In this document: positions 1-16,753 of the stretch, in pieces
Layout: each line of letters starts with the position of its first letter
Position numbering within the stretch: position 1 is the first letter of the stretch
Origin: Octopus vulgaris
Taxonomy: Eukaryota
Reading direction: 5' to 3'
Length of the DNA: 64,000 bases
NCBI GenBank assembly: GCA_951406725.2
Contig: OX597818.1
Span: forward strand, 145,886,001-145,950,000
Notes under the pieces: generated by a model
What the model saw: the letters and a program-made list of their open reading frames with translations, nothing else
What the model was told of the DNA's origin: nothing
Databases searched by the model: none
Program-made: the position numbers and the translations under genes

Positions 1-480
1 GCAGTGGCATAAAATGCTCTGAAAGTATAGCAGCTGGTGTAAAGGCAAGCTGGTGAAAGTTCAAGGAGTTACTATTTCTATTGGTAGAAAAATGTTTCTC
101 TCACTGAGTGAAAGGCAAAATGTATGATGCTTGTTTATGTGAACTGCTATGTTACACAGTGGTGATGCGTGGACCCTGATTGTAGAGAACCAGGGAAAGT
201 TAGAAAGAAATGAAGCTAGCATGTTTTATATAAGTAATAAGAGGAATTAGACATAGTGTGCAAAAGAGAAGACTGTGTTGGTTTGGCCTTGTGATGAGTG
301 TAAATGAGGATAGCTTTATAAAGAAGAGTCAGTTGTTGCTTACTGTAGATGAAAGCTGTAGAAAAGGCCAATCCAAGAAGATGTGAGATGAGGTGGTGGA
401 GACTGATATGTGGATGTTAGGCCTCTTAGTGGAGATCCCAAAATAATTGGCGATGCAGTGCTAAAGAAAACTTGCCCAGC
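1..480 (+). mobile_element. Decayed RTE-clade LINE, 3' fragment of RT ORF
   Basis: Frame-broken translation resembling the RTE C-terminus (AGVKASW*KFKELLFLL; VKGKMYDAC; KRRLCWFGLVM; GQSKKM*DEVVETDM). Similar to 10150-10570. Confidence 0.6.
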
Positions 481-1224
481 TATGTTAATAGAATATGACT
501 GAAGTTCTCAAAGCACACAGTATTTGTATATAACTGAGGTCGTGGAAGCATAATGTATATGCATACTGTGTACACCTTCCTTCAATGGCCCTGTCAAGAC
601 AATAACTGTTGTGCTTTCTCCTTTCCCCTTTTTTACCTTTTTTCTCTTTCCCCAAGCTTCAAAACTTGGTCCCTTTCCTAAACCACTTCCAATTGACATT
701 GTTACTCACATCCATATTTACCATCATTTTTGTTTCCATCCAACTTCACTTTCATTTCATTCATCCCTCACTCCCATTAGCAAACTTTAACTCTACCTCT
801 CATCTCTCTGTCACTTATCCTTCCATCACTCTCCTAACTACTGCACTATTCTGATAATGTAAACAATTAATTCAATTTTGTACTCTCATGCTCTACTCCT
901 TCTGAGTACTCCAGCTGACACAGCCAACATATGTACCAGTTCCCCCTTCCACACATGCAAACTCACATTTACCATCCACCATTTCCACCCCATGTTTATA
1001 TCCATCTCCTATTCTCCTTCCATGCTCTTGCAGCCTTATCCATGCCTGCTAATTTGCTTGTCTCTCTGCTCTTTTCTGTTAAACATCTTGCGCATGTTAA
1101 TGTAAAGGCATTTTCTGGCACCTCATCACTACTGTATTTACAGCTCTTTCTGGCATCAATCCTTCTAACCTCACCCATCTGTATAAAATGAGGAATATCC
1201 ATAAATCCTTACTCCTCCCAACAT

Positions 1225-1665
1225 TAGTGGTTCTCAACCAGTTTTCACTTACGGATGCCTTTGATTACTATTTGGTTCCAGAGTAACCCTCGTAGCCATT
1301 TCATATCTAAAAACTAGTTTTAAAGAAAACTCTTCAAAACTTCCTATTTTGTTTTTCACTCATTCATTTTTGTAGGTTTTCACTGGGAGAACAGGTTTCA
1401 GTGGCCAAAAACTTGTTGATCTATGTTTCTTGCGAAATAGATATATACTCTATACTCTTTTACTCATTTCAGTCATTTGAGTGCAGCCATGCTAGAGCAC
1501 CACTTTTAGTCAAAGAAATCGACCCCAGGACTTATTCTTTGTAAGCCTAGTACTTATTTTATCGTCTTCTTTTGCTGAACTGCTAAGTTACAGGGATGTA
1601 AAACACCACCATCGTTTGTCAAGCAATGTTGGGGGACAAACACAGACACACAAACCTATACATGC

Positions 1666-1706
<41 letters not shown>

Positions 1707-2007
1707 TATGATGGGCTTCTTTCAGTTTCCATCTACCAAATCCACTCACAAGGCTTTTGGTTGGCCTGAGGCTATAGTAGAAGACACTTGTCCAAGGTGC
1801 CATGCAGTGGGACTGAACCCGGAACCATGTGGTTGGTAAGCAAGCTACTTACCACACAGCCACTCCTGCACCTATGTAAAGAAAAATTTTTTCAAGGACT
1901 CCTACTCAGCTACTGTGAATCCCCAATTTACTATTTTGTTCGAGTGGACTCCTAGAAATCTTATATAGACCTCCCAAAAACATATATACCCCAGCTGAAA
2001 ACCACTG
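1225..2007. mobile_element. hAT-like MITE with a SINE nested inside
   Basis: Imperfect TIRs tagtggttctcaacc (1225) and gctgaaaaccactg (2007), resembling the CAGTGGTTCTCAA hAT/Charlie terminus. Interrupted by the SINE at 1446-1872. Confidence 0.5.
1446..1872 (-). mobile_element. tRNA-derived SINE, family 1 (full length)
   Basis: Minus strand reads ggtgcaggagTGGCTGTGTGGtaag...GGTTCAGTCCcac (A and B boxes), an internal TA/TG microsatellite, and tail ggtggtgctctagcatggctgcactcaaatgactgaaa-(gagtaaaa)n. Several homologous copies occur in the window. Confidence 0.9.
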
Positions 2008-2621
2008 CTTTAGATCCTCAACACATTGTATAAGGCAACAACTTTATGTCTAATTCTTCGTCTCAATAGAGATTATGTTTAATTCTTCATTTCAATTAAG
2101 TCTTGCAACTTAACTCACAAGGTGACCACACTAGATCTGATGAGTGCAAAATACACCCAGAGTAAAGTGGGCATAAAAAGAGTGATACATATGAAATCAT
2201 ATTTGTATGCATGTGTGCATGTGTGTGTGTGTATATATACATATTGTTGTTATTATCTTAAACTGTCATTGTCCAAATTTGGCCAAATGTGTTTTGTTTT
2301 GTTTTTTTAATATTTAATTTTGTTCAGACTATTGTATCTCCAGCTGCTTCAGATGCCAAAATATGAAAATTGTGAAAGTGTAGTACAACGGTTTAGCATT
2401 TTTCAAATGTGTACTAAGTCCCACACACAACAGTTTTGCAAAAGTATTTCTGACTGAAAATATCATACATGCGCGGAGTTACAATTTTGTGCATCCAACA
2501 AAGAATTATTGTTGAGCTGAAATTGTTGCTAATGTAAAAAGAAATGGAATGGGGAAACTATATTTTTGTTTTCTGAAAAAGCAATGTTTTGGACTTACGA
2601 CACTTTTGTATAATAGCAACG

Positions 2622-2656
<35 letters not shown>

Positions 2657-2824
2657 GCATAACATATATATAATATATAAAATTGAATAGGTTCACACAC
2701 TACAGAAGCCCCCATGCAAATCTGGCAAATCTGGATAGCACTGGGTGAAATCTAAAGGTGGACAAGTTTTATACTGTACCCTACTACATTTCTAACAGAA
2801 TATAACCTATATATATATATATAC

Positions 2825-2893
2825 TTTATTATTAAAGCTGAAAAACACAAAAATATCAATATTTTTGTGATGGTTTTGCAGCTTTAATAATAA
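2825..2893. repeat. Short hairpin / inverted repeat
   Basis: ttattattaaagctg...cacaaaaata-tcaa-tatttttgtg...cagctttaataataa. Confidence 0.75.
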
Positions 2894-2977
2894 TGCATAT
2901 TACCCTACCTCCAGTATTCAAGTAGTTTTTTCTCCAACTTGTATCACATTTATATATTTACTTGAGTATATATATAT

Positions 2978-3175
2978 ATGATGGACAATTTGACTGAGGA
3001 CTGGCAAGCCAGATGGCTGCACCTGGCTCCAATCTGGTCTGGCAGAGTTTCTTCAGCTGGATGCCCTTCCTAACACCAACCACTCTGAGAGTGTAGTCGG
3101 TGCTTTTATGTGCCACCGGCACGAGGGCCAGTCAGGCAGTACTGGCGACAGCCACACTCAAATGGTGTTTTTATG
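2978..3175 (-). mobile_element. SINE family 2 ((GAT)n-tailed) fragment
   Basis: ggctgcacctggctccaatctggtctggcagagtttcttcagctggatgcccttcctaacaccaaccac...gtgccaccggcacg, shared with the copies at 15010, 36805, 45893 and 61085. Confidence 0.85.
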
Positions 3176-4425
3176 TGTGTGTGTGTGTGTGTTTAAGTAT
3201 ACATATGTTTATATATATATGTGTGTACATACATATATATATATGTGCATATATAGCTGTTTATATATACTGTTTTAGTGATGGTAGTAGTATTAGTTCA
3301 AATTAGCAATCTATATATCATACTTAATGCATATACATTTCTGTTTTTTCAATATTATATGTCAATAAGAGATGCTTTCTCAAGATGAATGCTGCAGTTT
3401 AGAAGATTTTCAACAGTAAATATGCTTTAACTATAATGTTCATAAATACCTGTGAAAATGCACCAATTTTATGTCACCAATTTTATGTAGATATCTTACA
3501 TTAACAATTATCATTCTGAAAGTTTGAAACTCTTTTTGCTGGCCTTGGCATACCCATAGCCTCTAGCTGCTGAAGTGGAATGTCTGCCCACTTGATGTTA
3601 GCATTTGAAATATTTTAGCATATTTTTTGTGTGAGTAACCTCACTGTTTAATGTTTATGCTCTTATTCTTGTTGTAAAGTCATATGGAGATCTTCATTTT
3701 TTTTCTGTAAATATGCACATTTGTCTATCAGAACATCAAGGATCATCTAATTATCTTGAGTGAAAGATGACAGATGACTTGCACCGTGACTTTGTATAAA
3801 GTGAAGAAGAGTTGTGCACTGTCGACTTCACTTTCTCATCCATGACCATCTTCAATTCAATGGCAAGACTGGGTCAAGACAGGTGGGGATAGGGATAGAT
3901 TGCTGTGGATAACCAAGATATCTTGTTTGCCTCATCTTGCTCTCATCACTCCACTATACTTTGCCACAGTCACATTCCTTTTTCTTGGACCATGATGGTT
4001 TCTTTCTTAGAGTCCACCAGAACTAGTCTTCATATGCATAAGTAGGCGAGTCCTAACTCACCAAGTGTTACTATCCATTGGTTACTCTCACCTGGTTTTG
4101 CCCACCAGTTGAAGTGGCTTTCTGGGGTCTAGCCACTATTGCATGCAAACGGCTACTTGGAACCACAGATGAGGATTGGATGGCAAGTGGAGGCCAAAGC
4201 AGATGAGTAACCCATAAGTGTGACACCCCACACACCCCTCTTTCAACATGAAATGCCATGAAATACCATTGCAATGTAACCATGTCTTTGAAATGTTTAC
4301 TTCAGTGCTTGTGATGAAAGTACCATACAGTTAGTTCCACACAGTAAGGCAAGATTGATTCCTACATGTATTCCACATGTTGGAGAATTCCTGCTGTTTA
4401 ATGTATGATTCCACAACCGGTTAAT

Positions 4426-4647
4426 TTAACCCTTTAGCATTTAAGCAGGCCATATCTGGTCCAAATTTTCAACCTGTTTAATGTTAAAACTGGTCAGATG
4501 TGGCCTCTCACACCTGCCTTACAATGCCATTATAAAAACAATCACATTATCAAAATCTCAAAGTTACAAGATAACGCATGATTAATGCAAACCAATGCGA
4601 ATAAGGAGGCAAGCATTTCACAGAGTATTCTGAGTGCTAAAGGGTAA
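4426..4647. mobile_element. piggyBac-like MITE
   Basis: TTAA-ccctttagca...tgctaaaggg-taa termini. Same family as 40156-40358, in opposite orientation. Confidence 0.75.
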
Positions 4648-5030
4648 CAATAAGAATTGTGATATTTTGTACCTTCCATTTGGTAGAAACCTGAAATTTC
4701 TTGTGATTTAAGAATTGATGGGATGATGTCTAGCTGTCTTTTAGTATTTTACAAGTTAAGAGAAACATTGTGATTCAGAGTTGCATTTCTGATATTAATG
4801 TATGATTGGTAGAAAAAGTATTTTAAGTATTTTAAACTTGGTCAAATCCTACATCAGATCAGACAAGGAAAAGCTTAACCATTCAATTAGGTACATATAT
4901 AATATATATGAAATTCCTTATACATCACAAATATGAATACAGACACATGCTCATACACACACACACATGTACATATATATATATATATATATATATGATG
5001 ATGATTATGATGATGATGATGATGATGATG

Positions 5031-5069
<39 letters not shown>

Positions 5070-5614
5070 TATTTTTTAATAATATATTATTATTATTAAT
5101 ATAAGGAAATCAATATTGAACTCAACATAAAGATGTACCCGTGTGAAAGACCTTATTGTATTAAAAATATATATAAATAAATATAAAAATATAAATATAA
5201 TGTATAAGATAAATTTGGTAGTTTAAAAGTTTTGAATTAATTTTTATAATAATAATGATAATGATAATAACAATAATAATGATAATAATAATAATCCATG
5301 GATGGAATTTGTAAATATTTTAATACATTGTTATGTGCATTTCCATGAATCACATGCTTTGTAAGTTCATAATCTGTATCCCTGATATGATTACAGTACA
5401 GTCTGTAGTATCCATGGTCATCAGGTGAACCATAGTTCAGGTGATTATTTCTTCAGGCAATATTAGGCTGCAGCTGACATAATAAAATAGAAACCTTTAT
5501 ATGCCCACTCACAAATGTTTCCCATAAACGAATTTAAAGGATGTGTGTGTGTGTATGTGTGTGTGTGTGTGTGTGAGAGAGAGAGTGTGTGTATTCATAT
5601 ATATATACATACAT

Positions 5615-5730
5615 ACAAGGTGCAATGTATAAATTGTCATCTAATTATGCAAAAATGAAAATGATAGCGACAACTCATTTTAAGAGATAAATTTGCCAAA
5701 ATTACATAAAAAGATCTTGAAATACTAGAT
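5615..5730. mobile_element. Terminal fragment of the Tc1/mariner-superfamily element at 25017-25846
   Basis: tacaaggtgcaatgtataaattgtc...ccaaaattacataaaaagatcttgaaatacta matches 25017-25125 and the TIR at 25815-25846. Confidence 0.6.
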
Positions 5731-5775
5731 AGATAAACAGACATACAGATACATACATACATACATACATACATA

Positions 5776-5880
5776 CATTATTATGGCTGCCCCCTCGTTA
5801 TCAAGTATGGCCATTGCACGAAGCTTAACTGTTACTGGTGCTGTGATCGAATGTGACTTTTTAGCCCAGCTAAAGATCTA
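5776..5880 (-). mobile_element. Extreme 3' tip of an RTE/BovB-like LINE inside (TACA)n
   Basis: Minus translation RSLAGLKSHIRSQHQ* resembles the C-terminal S..GL.SH.R motif of RTE/BovB ORFs. It is followed by a short 3'UTR ending in ataataa, with (CATA)n on both sides. Confidence 0.6.
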
Positions 5881-6984
5881 ACATACATAGATAGATAGAT
5901 AGATACATACATACATACATACATACATACATACATACATACATACATACATACATAAATACATACATATATACATATATGCACATATATATGCATATGT
6001 ATATATATATATATATGCATATATATATATGTATATTGTTATATTTCGGAATGGTCATATTGCCAGTTTAGCCAATAAAATCTTGCACAACAAATATTTA
6101 AATGTATATATGTATATATATATCAGAAACAAGTTAGAAATAATGGTCATTACATATAATTCCTTTAATAGAACAAATTTGGCTCACAGCTGTATCCAGA
6201 AATCATTATAGGTACATTATTCATAGGTTTATTCAGTTGGTCTATTTACTCAGTTGATGAACTGAGGTAAATTGAACAACCTAAGAAAATTAATGCTACT
6301 TTCATCAGAGCCATTTCTGGAAGTAACAAGCAGACCACTCGAGGAATGGCCATTGTGCCTGGCTATCCAGGCTGTGTTTGTATGGAATATAAACAGACCC
6401 ATCTCATTAATGGGTACACCTACAAACGCACCCTTTGACCATTACTTTCTGCAACCCTCTCTTTCCTTCACTTTTACTCCTGATATCATTCATTATCCTC
6501 TCCTCTGTCACCCCTACTTCCATCCCAGTACTGTTCACTCTGTTCGAAGGTGAAATAAACGTCAGAGATGCTTTGCCCCACACAGACAATGTAGGAGCTA
6601 CACAGAGGTTTTGCAAGTTCTTCAGTGATATTATTCTTTCCATTACCTCCTTTTTTGCAATAAATCTTTCCATCACAGGGGTTAGGAGTGCTTTCTTTAT
6701 GTTTGCATGTTACAAAGTGGTCAAGCAAGGCTTGAGGGAGCACTTTCATCTCAATGCTGGCAAAACAACCTCTGTATTGAGGTACCACAGAAAAATGCAT
6801 CAAGAACACTCTGTAAAGTAGGTGGTGTTGGAAAGGGTCTCCAGCCATAGAAACTTTGCCAAAATTGATACATTGTTGCAAGGCATGGTCATCCAATATG
6901 TTGAAACCTATCAGTCTTACACTACCCTGAAAAGCAGATATAAAAGGAGAAAGAGGAGGATGCACACATATATACAAATACACA

Positions 6985-7019
<35 letters not shown>

Positions 7020-7201
7020 ATGTATGAATACTTGTGTATATACATATTTATAAATATATAAATAAGGGTGGAGGAGGTGTCCTCCTGGGGCTACAAACTA
7101 CAGTAGCATCCACCCTTAGGGGTTAGCCATATTTAAATGGCAAATATACGTTATAATGTGTTGCAGCTACTGTTTATACCTCGCTCAGAGATTTACTATT
7201 G

Positions 7202-7440
<239 letters not shown>

Positions 7441-8185
7441 GGGTACAGAATGTCACCAACTGTGCAAACAACATGAAATACATAAAAACAGGACAAGTAA
7501 ACTCAGACAAGGGACCCTTCATCAGTTGTTGGCTGTCTATCTACTCCTCATTTTGAACATTCAAATACAAGCATGATTAATGAGTGCACAGTGGGGGGGG
7601 GTGCAAAAACCTGGGTATATATAGAGTCGAGAGGCTACCGGATAGCAATGATACAGGGCATATGAGTGGAACACATGAGTCAGGGGCTAGCAGAGAGCAA
7701 TGATACAGTAGCACAGGGCCAAGAGAATAAGATTGGGGAGTAGGAGCTAAGCATAGTGCATAAAGTGCAAATGTGAGGATATATGCCTTTTGGGGTGGTT
7801 ATCCCCTCTTCAGCATCAAGAACTGGAAAGGGAAATGCTACAAATTAAAGTAGATATTTCTTATTATATTCCTGTCATTGTACAGTGACTAGCTGTACTA
7901 ATTGGTGGCTTGCCCTTGATAAAATACAGAATAGAAATACCAAGCAGTGATGTGTATAAACACAAATTTGTTACCAGTTCAAATATGTGCTTTGGGCATG
8001 TTCAAGCCCCTAAGAAAGGCATTTATTATATTTTGAAATGGAGAAAATTTCACACCAAAAATAAATAGGAGTAAAGACCAAGCAAGATCAAAGTGCCATA
8101 TAACCATATAACCACACTGAAGGATGCACTCATTTTGAAGTGGTTAACTCCTCTTCAACATCAGTTTGCTATTCACAATATATAT

Positions 8186-8253
<68 letters not shown>

Positions 8254-8591
8254 GGATAATAATAGCCCATCCATCAACTTTGACAATGACAAAGAAGTAA
8301 AGTAGCAGCCACATGTATAATTATATGCATAAAATAGATCATGAGAAATAGAATGTGTGAAAGAAATACAGAAAACAGAAGACAAAGATGCACAAAACGT
8401 ATCTTGTTCATATATTCATGATCAATGAAAACAGTGACATCGATAGCCTAGCATTTCAAGGACACATCCTCACAGACAACTGAAGAATCACAATTGCTCC
8501 CACCTATGCTACATGGTCCAGGCACAAAAAGACACATAAGTGGTAATATATACATACATACATATATACATATACATATACATATACATGC

Positions 8592-8622
<31 letters not shown>

Positions 8623-9199
8623 ATCTTTTATCTTTTATGTGTACAGCATTGGATAGTAGTTTGGCTGGGGCATTGTCTTGAAAGAAGGGATTTAGTCAAA
8701 CACATCAAGCGCAGCATTTATTTTTTCAATCTGGTACAGATTCTATTGGCCTCTTGCCAAACTATGTTATAAGGATGTAATCAAACCAACACTAATAGTC
8801 AAACAATCCAAGGAGAAAAGCACAAACACCAAGACACACTCACAAAGATATATGTGCGTGTGTATGTGTGTGTATGTGTGTGTGTATGTGTGTGTGTATG
8901 TGTGTGTGTGTATGTGTGTATAAATGTATATAAAATACATACATGTATTTTATTAATTTGCCTGTACAGCTGTTAAACTTTCCACATGTGATGGTATTTT
9001 GATAATACCATCCCTTCTTATAATATGTATATGTATATATGTATTTATGTATATACATATATATATGCATGTATGTATATATGCATATATGTAGGTATAT
9101 CCACACACACAATGAGCCATCATGCACTTTCTATCTACCAAATCTACCCTCAAGGCATTGGTCATCCCAAAGTTATAGTAGAAGATATTTGACCAAGCT

Positions 9200-10590
9200 A
9201 TCACACAGTTAGACTTGCTAAAAGTTCAAAGACAATGTACTAAAAAATAAGTGACTAGAGAGGCTTTAAATTATTGGACCAGGTTATGAAGATTAAAGAA
9301 AATGTTATGGCACAACTGATTAGAATTAACATACATGCAATGTTGTTTGATTTTTATTTTTTCGGTGGGGGGACCTGTAAAAGAAACCACTGCTGATGCC
9401 ATCTTCTCAATGAGACAGCTGCATGAAGAGTATCTAGTCAGGAATAAGCTTCTATACCTAGCATTTGTTGACTAGGGAAGGTCTTCAATTGAGTTCCTCA
9501 CTCTGTGATCTAGTAGTCACTGAGGAAGCAAAGAGTAAACAAATGGCTTGTGAGAGCTGTACAAGCCAAATATAGGGCTGTGGTCAATAAGGTGAGATTT
9601 GGCCATAAGTATAATGATGAATTCAGCAGGAGAGTAGAGGATGTACCAGTGTTAGTCTTTGGCTCACTTCCCTTTATTATACTTTTTCAAGTCACAGCAG
9701 AAGAGTTCATGCTCAGCTGCCTTCTTTATGCTGATGACCTGGCTCTTACAGCTGAATCACTAGTAGAATTAGAAAAAATATTCCAAATAAGGAAACAAAA
9801 CCTGGAATCAAGAGGCCTCAAAGTGAATTTAGCAAAGATTACAGTATTTATAAGTGGTAAAGGAGATCCTACAAGAAGCTTGATATACAGAAAAGGTGTT
9901 GGTAGAAATTGTAAGCAGTCTAACAAGTGTAAGCTATAGATGCAGAATGAGATTAGCTGGATCACAGGAAAGTTAACAGAGAAAGTAAATTTTACATGAA
10001 GCAGGCACACAAGAACATGAAGTACTGATGGTACATGTGCAATTAACTCACTCCAGGCCCAGGTAGTATTAAAACTACCCTAGAAGTAGCTGATAGTTTT
10101 TCTCATTTGGAGGACCTAATTAGCAGTAGGTTGGGTGTTCTGAGAGTGCAGTAGAGAGTATGAGAACTAGTTGAGAAAAGATCAGAGAGTCATTACCTCA
10201 ACAGGTAATACATGGCTTCTCCCTCGGAGATTGTATGATGCTTAGGTATGAAGTACAATGCTGCATGGCAGTGAGATTTAAGACCTAAATCCAGAGGACT
10301 TGCAAAGACTAGAATGAAAAAAATCATGCTCTGCGGGTATTTACATGTGCATGAATGATGAGGAAAGATGATCATAAGATGAATCAAAAGCAGTGAGTAA
10401 GAGAAAAGATTGTCTGATATGGGAACATAAGGAATATGGATAAGAACTACCCTGAAAAGGAAGTGCTGTTCACTCAAAGTATGGAAGGGGGAAACCAAAG
10501 AAGAGTTTTTGTGAAGTGGTGAAGACAGATCTGAAGGAGTTCAATCTCGTGGCAGAGATGACAAAGGACTGAATTAACTGCTCATGTGAA
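9200..10590 (+). mobile_element. Decayed RTE-clade LINE (RT domain and C-terminus)
   Basis: DAIFSMRQLHEEYL..NKLLYLAFVD, then LLYADDLALTAES...LESRGLKVNLAK (YADD catalytic motif in ORF 9550-9939). Many stops and frameshifts. Confidence 0.9.
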
Positions 10591-10814
10591 GAATTCCTTT
10601 CTCAACCAGGCCAGGTAATATGGTTCATAAAAAAATTACATATGCAATTATATATGTATATAAAATGTATATGTATATAAATTATATATCTATGTATATG
10701 TATATATATGTATATGTATATAAAGATATATACATATATATCTTTATATATGTATGTAAATGTGTGTGTATGTGTGAGTATATATATATAAATATATAAG
10801 CATATATTTTTAGG

Positions 10815-11445
10815 CTATGTGAAGATCAACCAGCAAAATATCAAGAGAGTAGTCAAATTCACCTATCTGGGTATTGTCATCAGTGAAAACAGCAATATTG
10901 AGACTAATCTCAGCCATGGAATTAGCAAAGTTGCAGCCATGTTCCAGAGAACATGCAATATAATGGTCCTCCTCTGCCATCAGCTTACACACAAAGATTC
11001 AGCCCTGTTACAGCATTGTTCAACTAGTAGCTCTCTATGCCAGGGAGACATGGAAGAGCCTCATGAAAATAGACAGAAAGCTAGATGGTTTCCATCAAAG
11101 ATGTTTGAGAAGGATTCTGAGAATGTACTCTCAAGACAACGTAACCAATAAAGACATTCTAAAGAGAGCCAACACACAACCATAGAGTGAAATCCTCATG
11201 GAACAAAGATTCAAACTAGCAGATCATACACTTTGGTCACCAGAACAATGCCATTCTAAAACAACTTTCGAATGGCACCACCTGAGGAGAGAAGAAAGAA
11301 ACAGATCAAAACCTACATGGTACAGAACATTCATAACTGACATGAGGAAGGCCAGTATCACATGGGCAGATGTAGACAAAACTTCAGCCAACAGAACCAG
11401 CAGCATTAACTATCTACCCAATGTGGTTGAGAGCACAGGATGAAG
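10815..11445 (+). mobile_element. Decayed RTE/BovB-like LINE 3' fragment
   Basis: KFTYLGIVISENSNIE; LRRILRMYSQDNVTNKDILKRAN; QRFKLADHTL...TWYRTF, typical of the RTE post-RT region. Confidence 0.8.
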
Positions 11446-11561
11446 TGGTACTGATACATTTCATATATATGTACATACTTGTATACAGGTGTATATGTTG
11501 GTATATTAGTGTATCTAAAAAGTTCACTTTCCCGTCACCTAGTTCTGGGTACAGTCCATAA

Positions 11562-11597
<36 letters not shown>

Positions 11598-11600
<3 letters not shown>

Positions 11601-11830
11601 GTTGAGTAGCCTGGTGGTTCGGCATGTTGGTTAGGGCTTTGATTCCCTGACCAGTTATACATTATCCAGCTGTAAATGGATAATTCAGCACTGAATTTGC
11701 CTTCCGATCAGGGGGAATGTTGGCCTGCTCACCTAGCCAGTGTGGTGGCATCACTCGAAAGCTAAAGCGATGAAAAGTGCATTGTGATCAGCGATATACA
11801 ACAACATCCAAAGTCTGATCAATCACAATC
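11598..11830 (+). mobile_element. SINE family 5 (degenerate head, RTE-type tail)
   Basis: ttggcctgctcacctagccag...gctaaagcgatg...gcattgtgatcagcgat, shared with 42482-42596 and 63875-63935. Confidence 0.6.
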
Positions 11831-11833
11831 AAA

Positions 11834-11875
<42 letters not shown>

Positions 11876-12441
11876 GTATATATATATATAATGTATGTAT
11901 ACAAATATATACGCACATATATATCTATATGCAGACACATTCACACATATATATATGTATATATATGTATGTGTGTGTGTGTGTGCTATCCTCAGCTTCC
12001 ACCACATCTTCAAGATAGCTCAGGAACCTAGCACATGCTTTTCTTACTGTGAACCTGGGAAGATCTTCGAGCATTTTCTTGATCTTGGCCACCTGTTTGG
12101 TCTTGGTACTCTGGCATAGAGGTTGGCATCTTTCTCAGCCATGCCTCACACATAGTAATCCATGGGATTACAATCAGTGAAATTAGAAGGCCAGAAATTG
12201 GGGGGGGGGTAAAGTCATAGAAATTCTTCAACAACCACTTCTAACTTTTTCTGGAGGTATAGCAAGGAGCTGAACCCTACTGTCACGTATATGGCCTTTC
12301 AGCAGTAACCCTCTCCGGCCAGTTATTAACCACATTCTCCAGCAGCTTCACATAGTCATCTGAATTGAACCTCACTAAAGACGCACCCAAAGACTATCAC
12401 AGTTTGGGGAAACTTGGTTTTTCAGGATATGAGGGACATCA

Positions 12442-14804
<2,363 letters not shown>

Positions 14805-14805
<1 letters not shown>

Positions 14806-15450
14806 ATTGTTTCAGTCATTAGACTGCGGCAAAGCTGGAGCACCATCTTGAAGAATTTTTAGTCAAATTAATCAACACCCAGTATTTCTATTTTAAACCT
14901 GATACTTGTTCTATCAATCTCTTTTGCTGAACTGCTAAGTTACAAGGACTTAAACTGATGGACACTGGTTGTCAGGTAGTGGTGGAGGACAAACGAAGAC
15001 AAAGCACTATCCGAACATGGCTGATGCCAGCTCCGCCTTGACTGGCTCCCATGCCGGTGGCACGTAAAAAGCACCAATCCGATCGTGGCCGTTGCCAGCC
15101 TCACCTGGCACCTGTGCCAGGGGAACGTAAAAAGCACCCACTACACTCACGGAGTGGTTGGTGTTAGGAAGGGCATCCAGCTGTAGAAACATTGCCAGAT
15201 AAGACTGGAGCCTGGTGCAGCCTTCTGGCTTCCCAGATCCCCGGTCGAACTGTCCAACCCATACTAGCATGGAGAACGGACATTAAATGATGATGATGAT
15301 GATTATATACAACGAGCTTCTTTCAGTTTCCATCTACTAAATCCACACACAAGGCTTTGATCAGCCCAAGGCTTTAGTAGAAGACACTTGCCTTAGGTGC
15401 CATACAGTGGGATTGAACCCAGAACCATGTGGTTGTAAAGCAAACTTCGT
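14805..15450 (-). mobile_element. SINE family 1 interrupted by a family-2 copy
   Basis: Tail at 14805-15005 and head part at 15310-15450 match 1446-1872. Confidence 0.8.
15010..15303 (+). mobile_element. SINE family 2, young copy
   Basis: Nearly identical to 61085-61441; ends in (GAT)n. Confidence 0.9.
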
Positions 15451-15454
15451 TCAG

Positions 15455-15954
15455 GGTGACTGTTAACCCCCTGAATGAATGAAAACATCATGAAAATTTA
15501 TAAACTATTCTTAGAGGACTGAACAGTTGATGTACTTGTTCACATGACTGTCCTGGTATGTCCTGGAGCTCCTGACAATGGATTTTGAGCGAAGGGTTGC
15601 AACGAAAAGTGTTGCAGCAAAATTTGTTCTTTGCCAGATCATGAAAGATCAAAAGCAGTCATGACTGAATGCATGTCGTGAACTGAAAGAACAAATGGAA
15701 GTTGAAATGGACCATTTTTCAAAGGTGATGAAAGCTGGTGCTACAGATGTAGAAGAGGGGAAGAAAAAAACAATGAAAGCATTAAAATGCATCACTATGC
15801 AAGAGTTCCAGCACTGCTTCAAATAGGGGAAATGCATCTAGGCCAATGCACTGCTTCAAATGGAGAATACTTTGAAGCCAATAACAGTGCAAACATGTAA
15901 AACTAAGTGAATAAAATAATTTTGTAAAATTCTGGCTGCTTTTGGGTACCCCCT

Positions 15955-15958
<4 letters not shown>
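15455..15958 (+). mobile_element. Internally deleted mariner transposon relic
   Basis: VAAKFV, DQKQS*LNACRELK...FSKVM, EFQHCFK, GEYFE motifs. Ends in a TIR-like ttttgggtacccccttg followed by TA. Confidence 0.7.
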
Positions 15959-15997
<39 letters not shown>

Positions 15998-16073
15998 ACC
16001 TTCCATGCTGCAACTGTTTTTGTTCCAGCACACAATCTCAGATCAGGTCACTTGCTATGCAAGTACATCTTCC

Positions 16074-16104
<31 letters not shown>

Positions 16105-16718
16105 ATATATATAAATGGGGTGGGGTTGTGTAGGAATATATACTCAACAGTTATTTATACTTAAGTGGATATCATGCTATATAGTTTAAAATCAATAGAA
16201 AAAAATAATGAATAGCAAACAAAATAATTATATCAATGTGTATAAGTTGTGTACATGGGTATTTTCTCTTATACACTGAAGTTAGTGAACAATGCAAGAA
16301 AAAATGATTATCCAATCATTAATATATATGTAATTGTATGGTAATATATTGTTATTTAGTTGAGTGAGCCTTTGTATGAATCCGTGTGTTTGTAATAGCA
16401 GTAATGGTCCTAACCCAACAATCATAAACAAACATTAGTTACAAAAAATATTTGGCTAATTAATTAAATAGGTAAATAAATGAAAACACAAACATCTTGT
16501 AGAACATGTTTTCTTATTTATAACGACTCATCATTTATTAGTTATTGTTATTTTGCCATTTTTCTTTACGTAAATGTGCATCCATAGATAGATATGTAAG
16601 TGCCTAGGTGATCCAGTATTTTGTAATATGTTTGTTACGTTCATTAGAATAAAATGTATATGCAAGCTTATGCAAAGATATTTCTGCATATACTATGCTA
16701 TACTATGCATATACTATG

Positions 16719-16753
<35 letters not shown>

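Noticed and set aside
1780-1872. tRNA-like sequences at SINE heads (also 24290-24364, 57347-57422, 62976-63050)
   Set aside because: They are fused to repeat bodies and lack a proper acceptor stem, so they are SINE heads rather than tRNA genes.
3720-4290. Possible very decayed piggyBac transposase (LDGK, HKCD-like words)
   Set aside because: Too degenerate to support by eye.
6272-6821. Overlapping ORFs, with YKQTH..LMGTP across a frameshift resembling a PLE RT motif
   Set aside because: Only a weak motif resemblance with no clear catalytic DD. A profile search would be needed.
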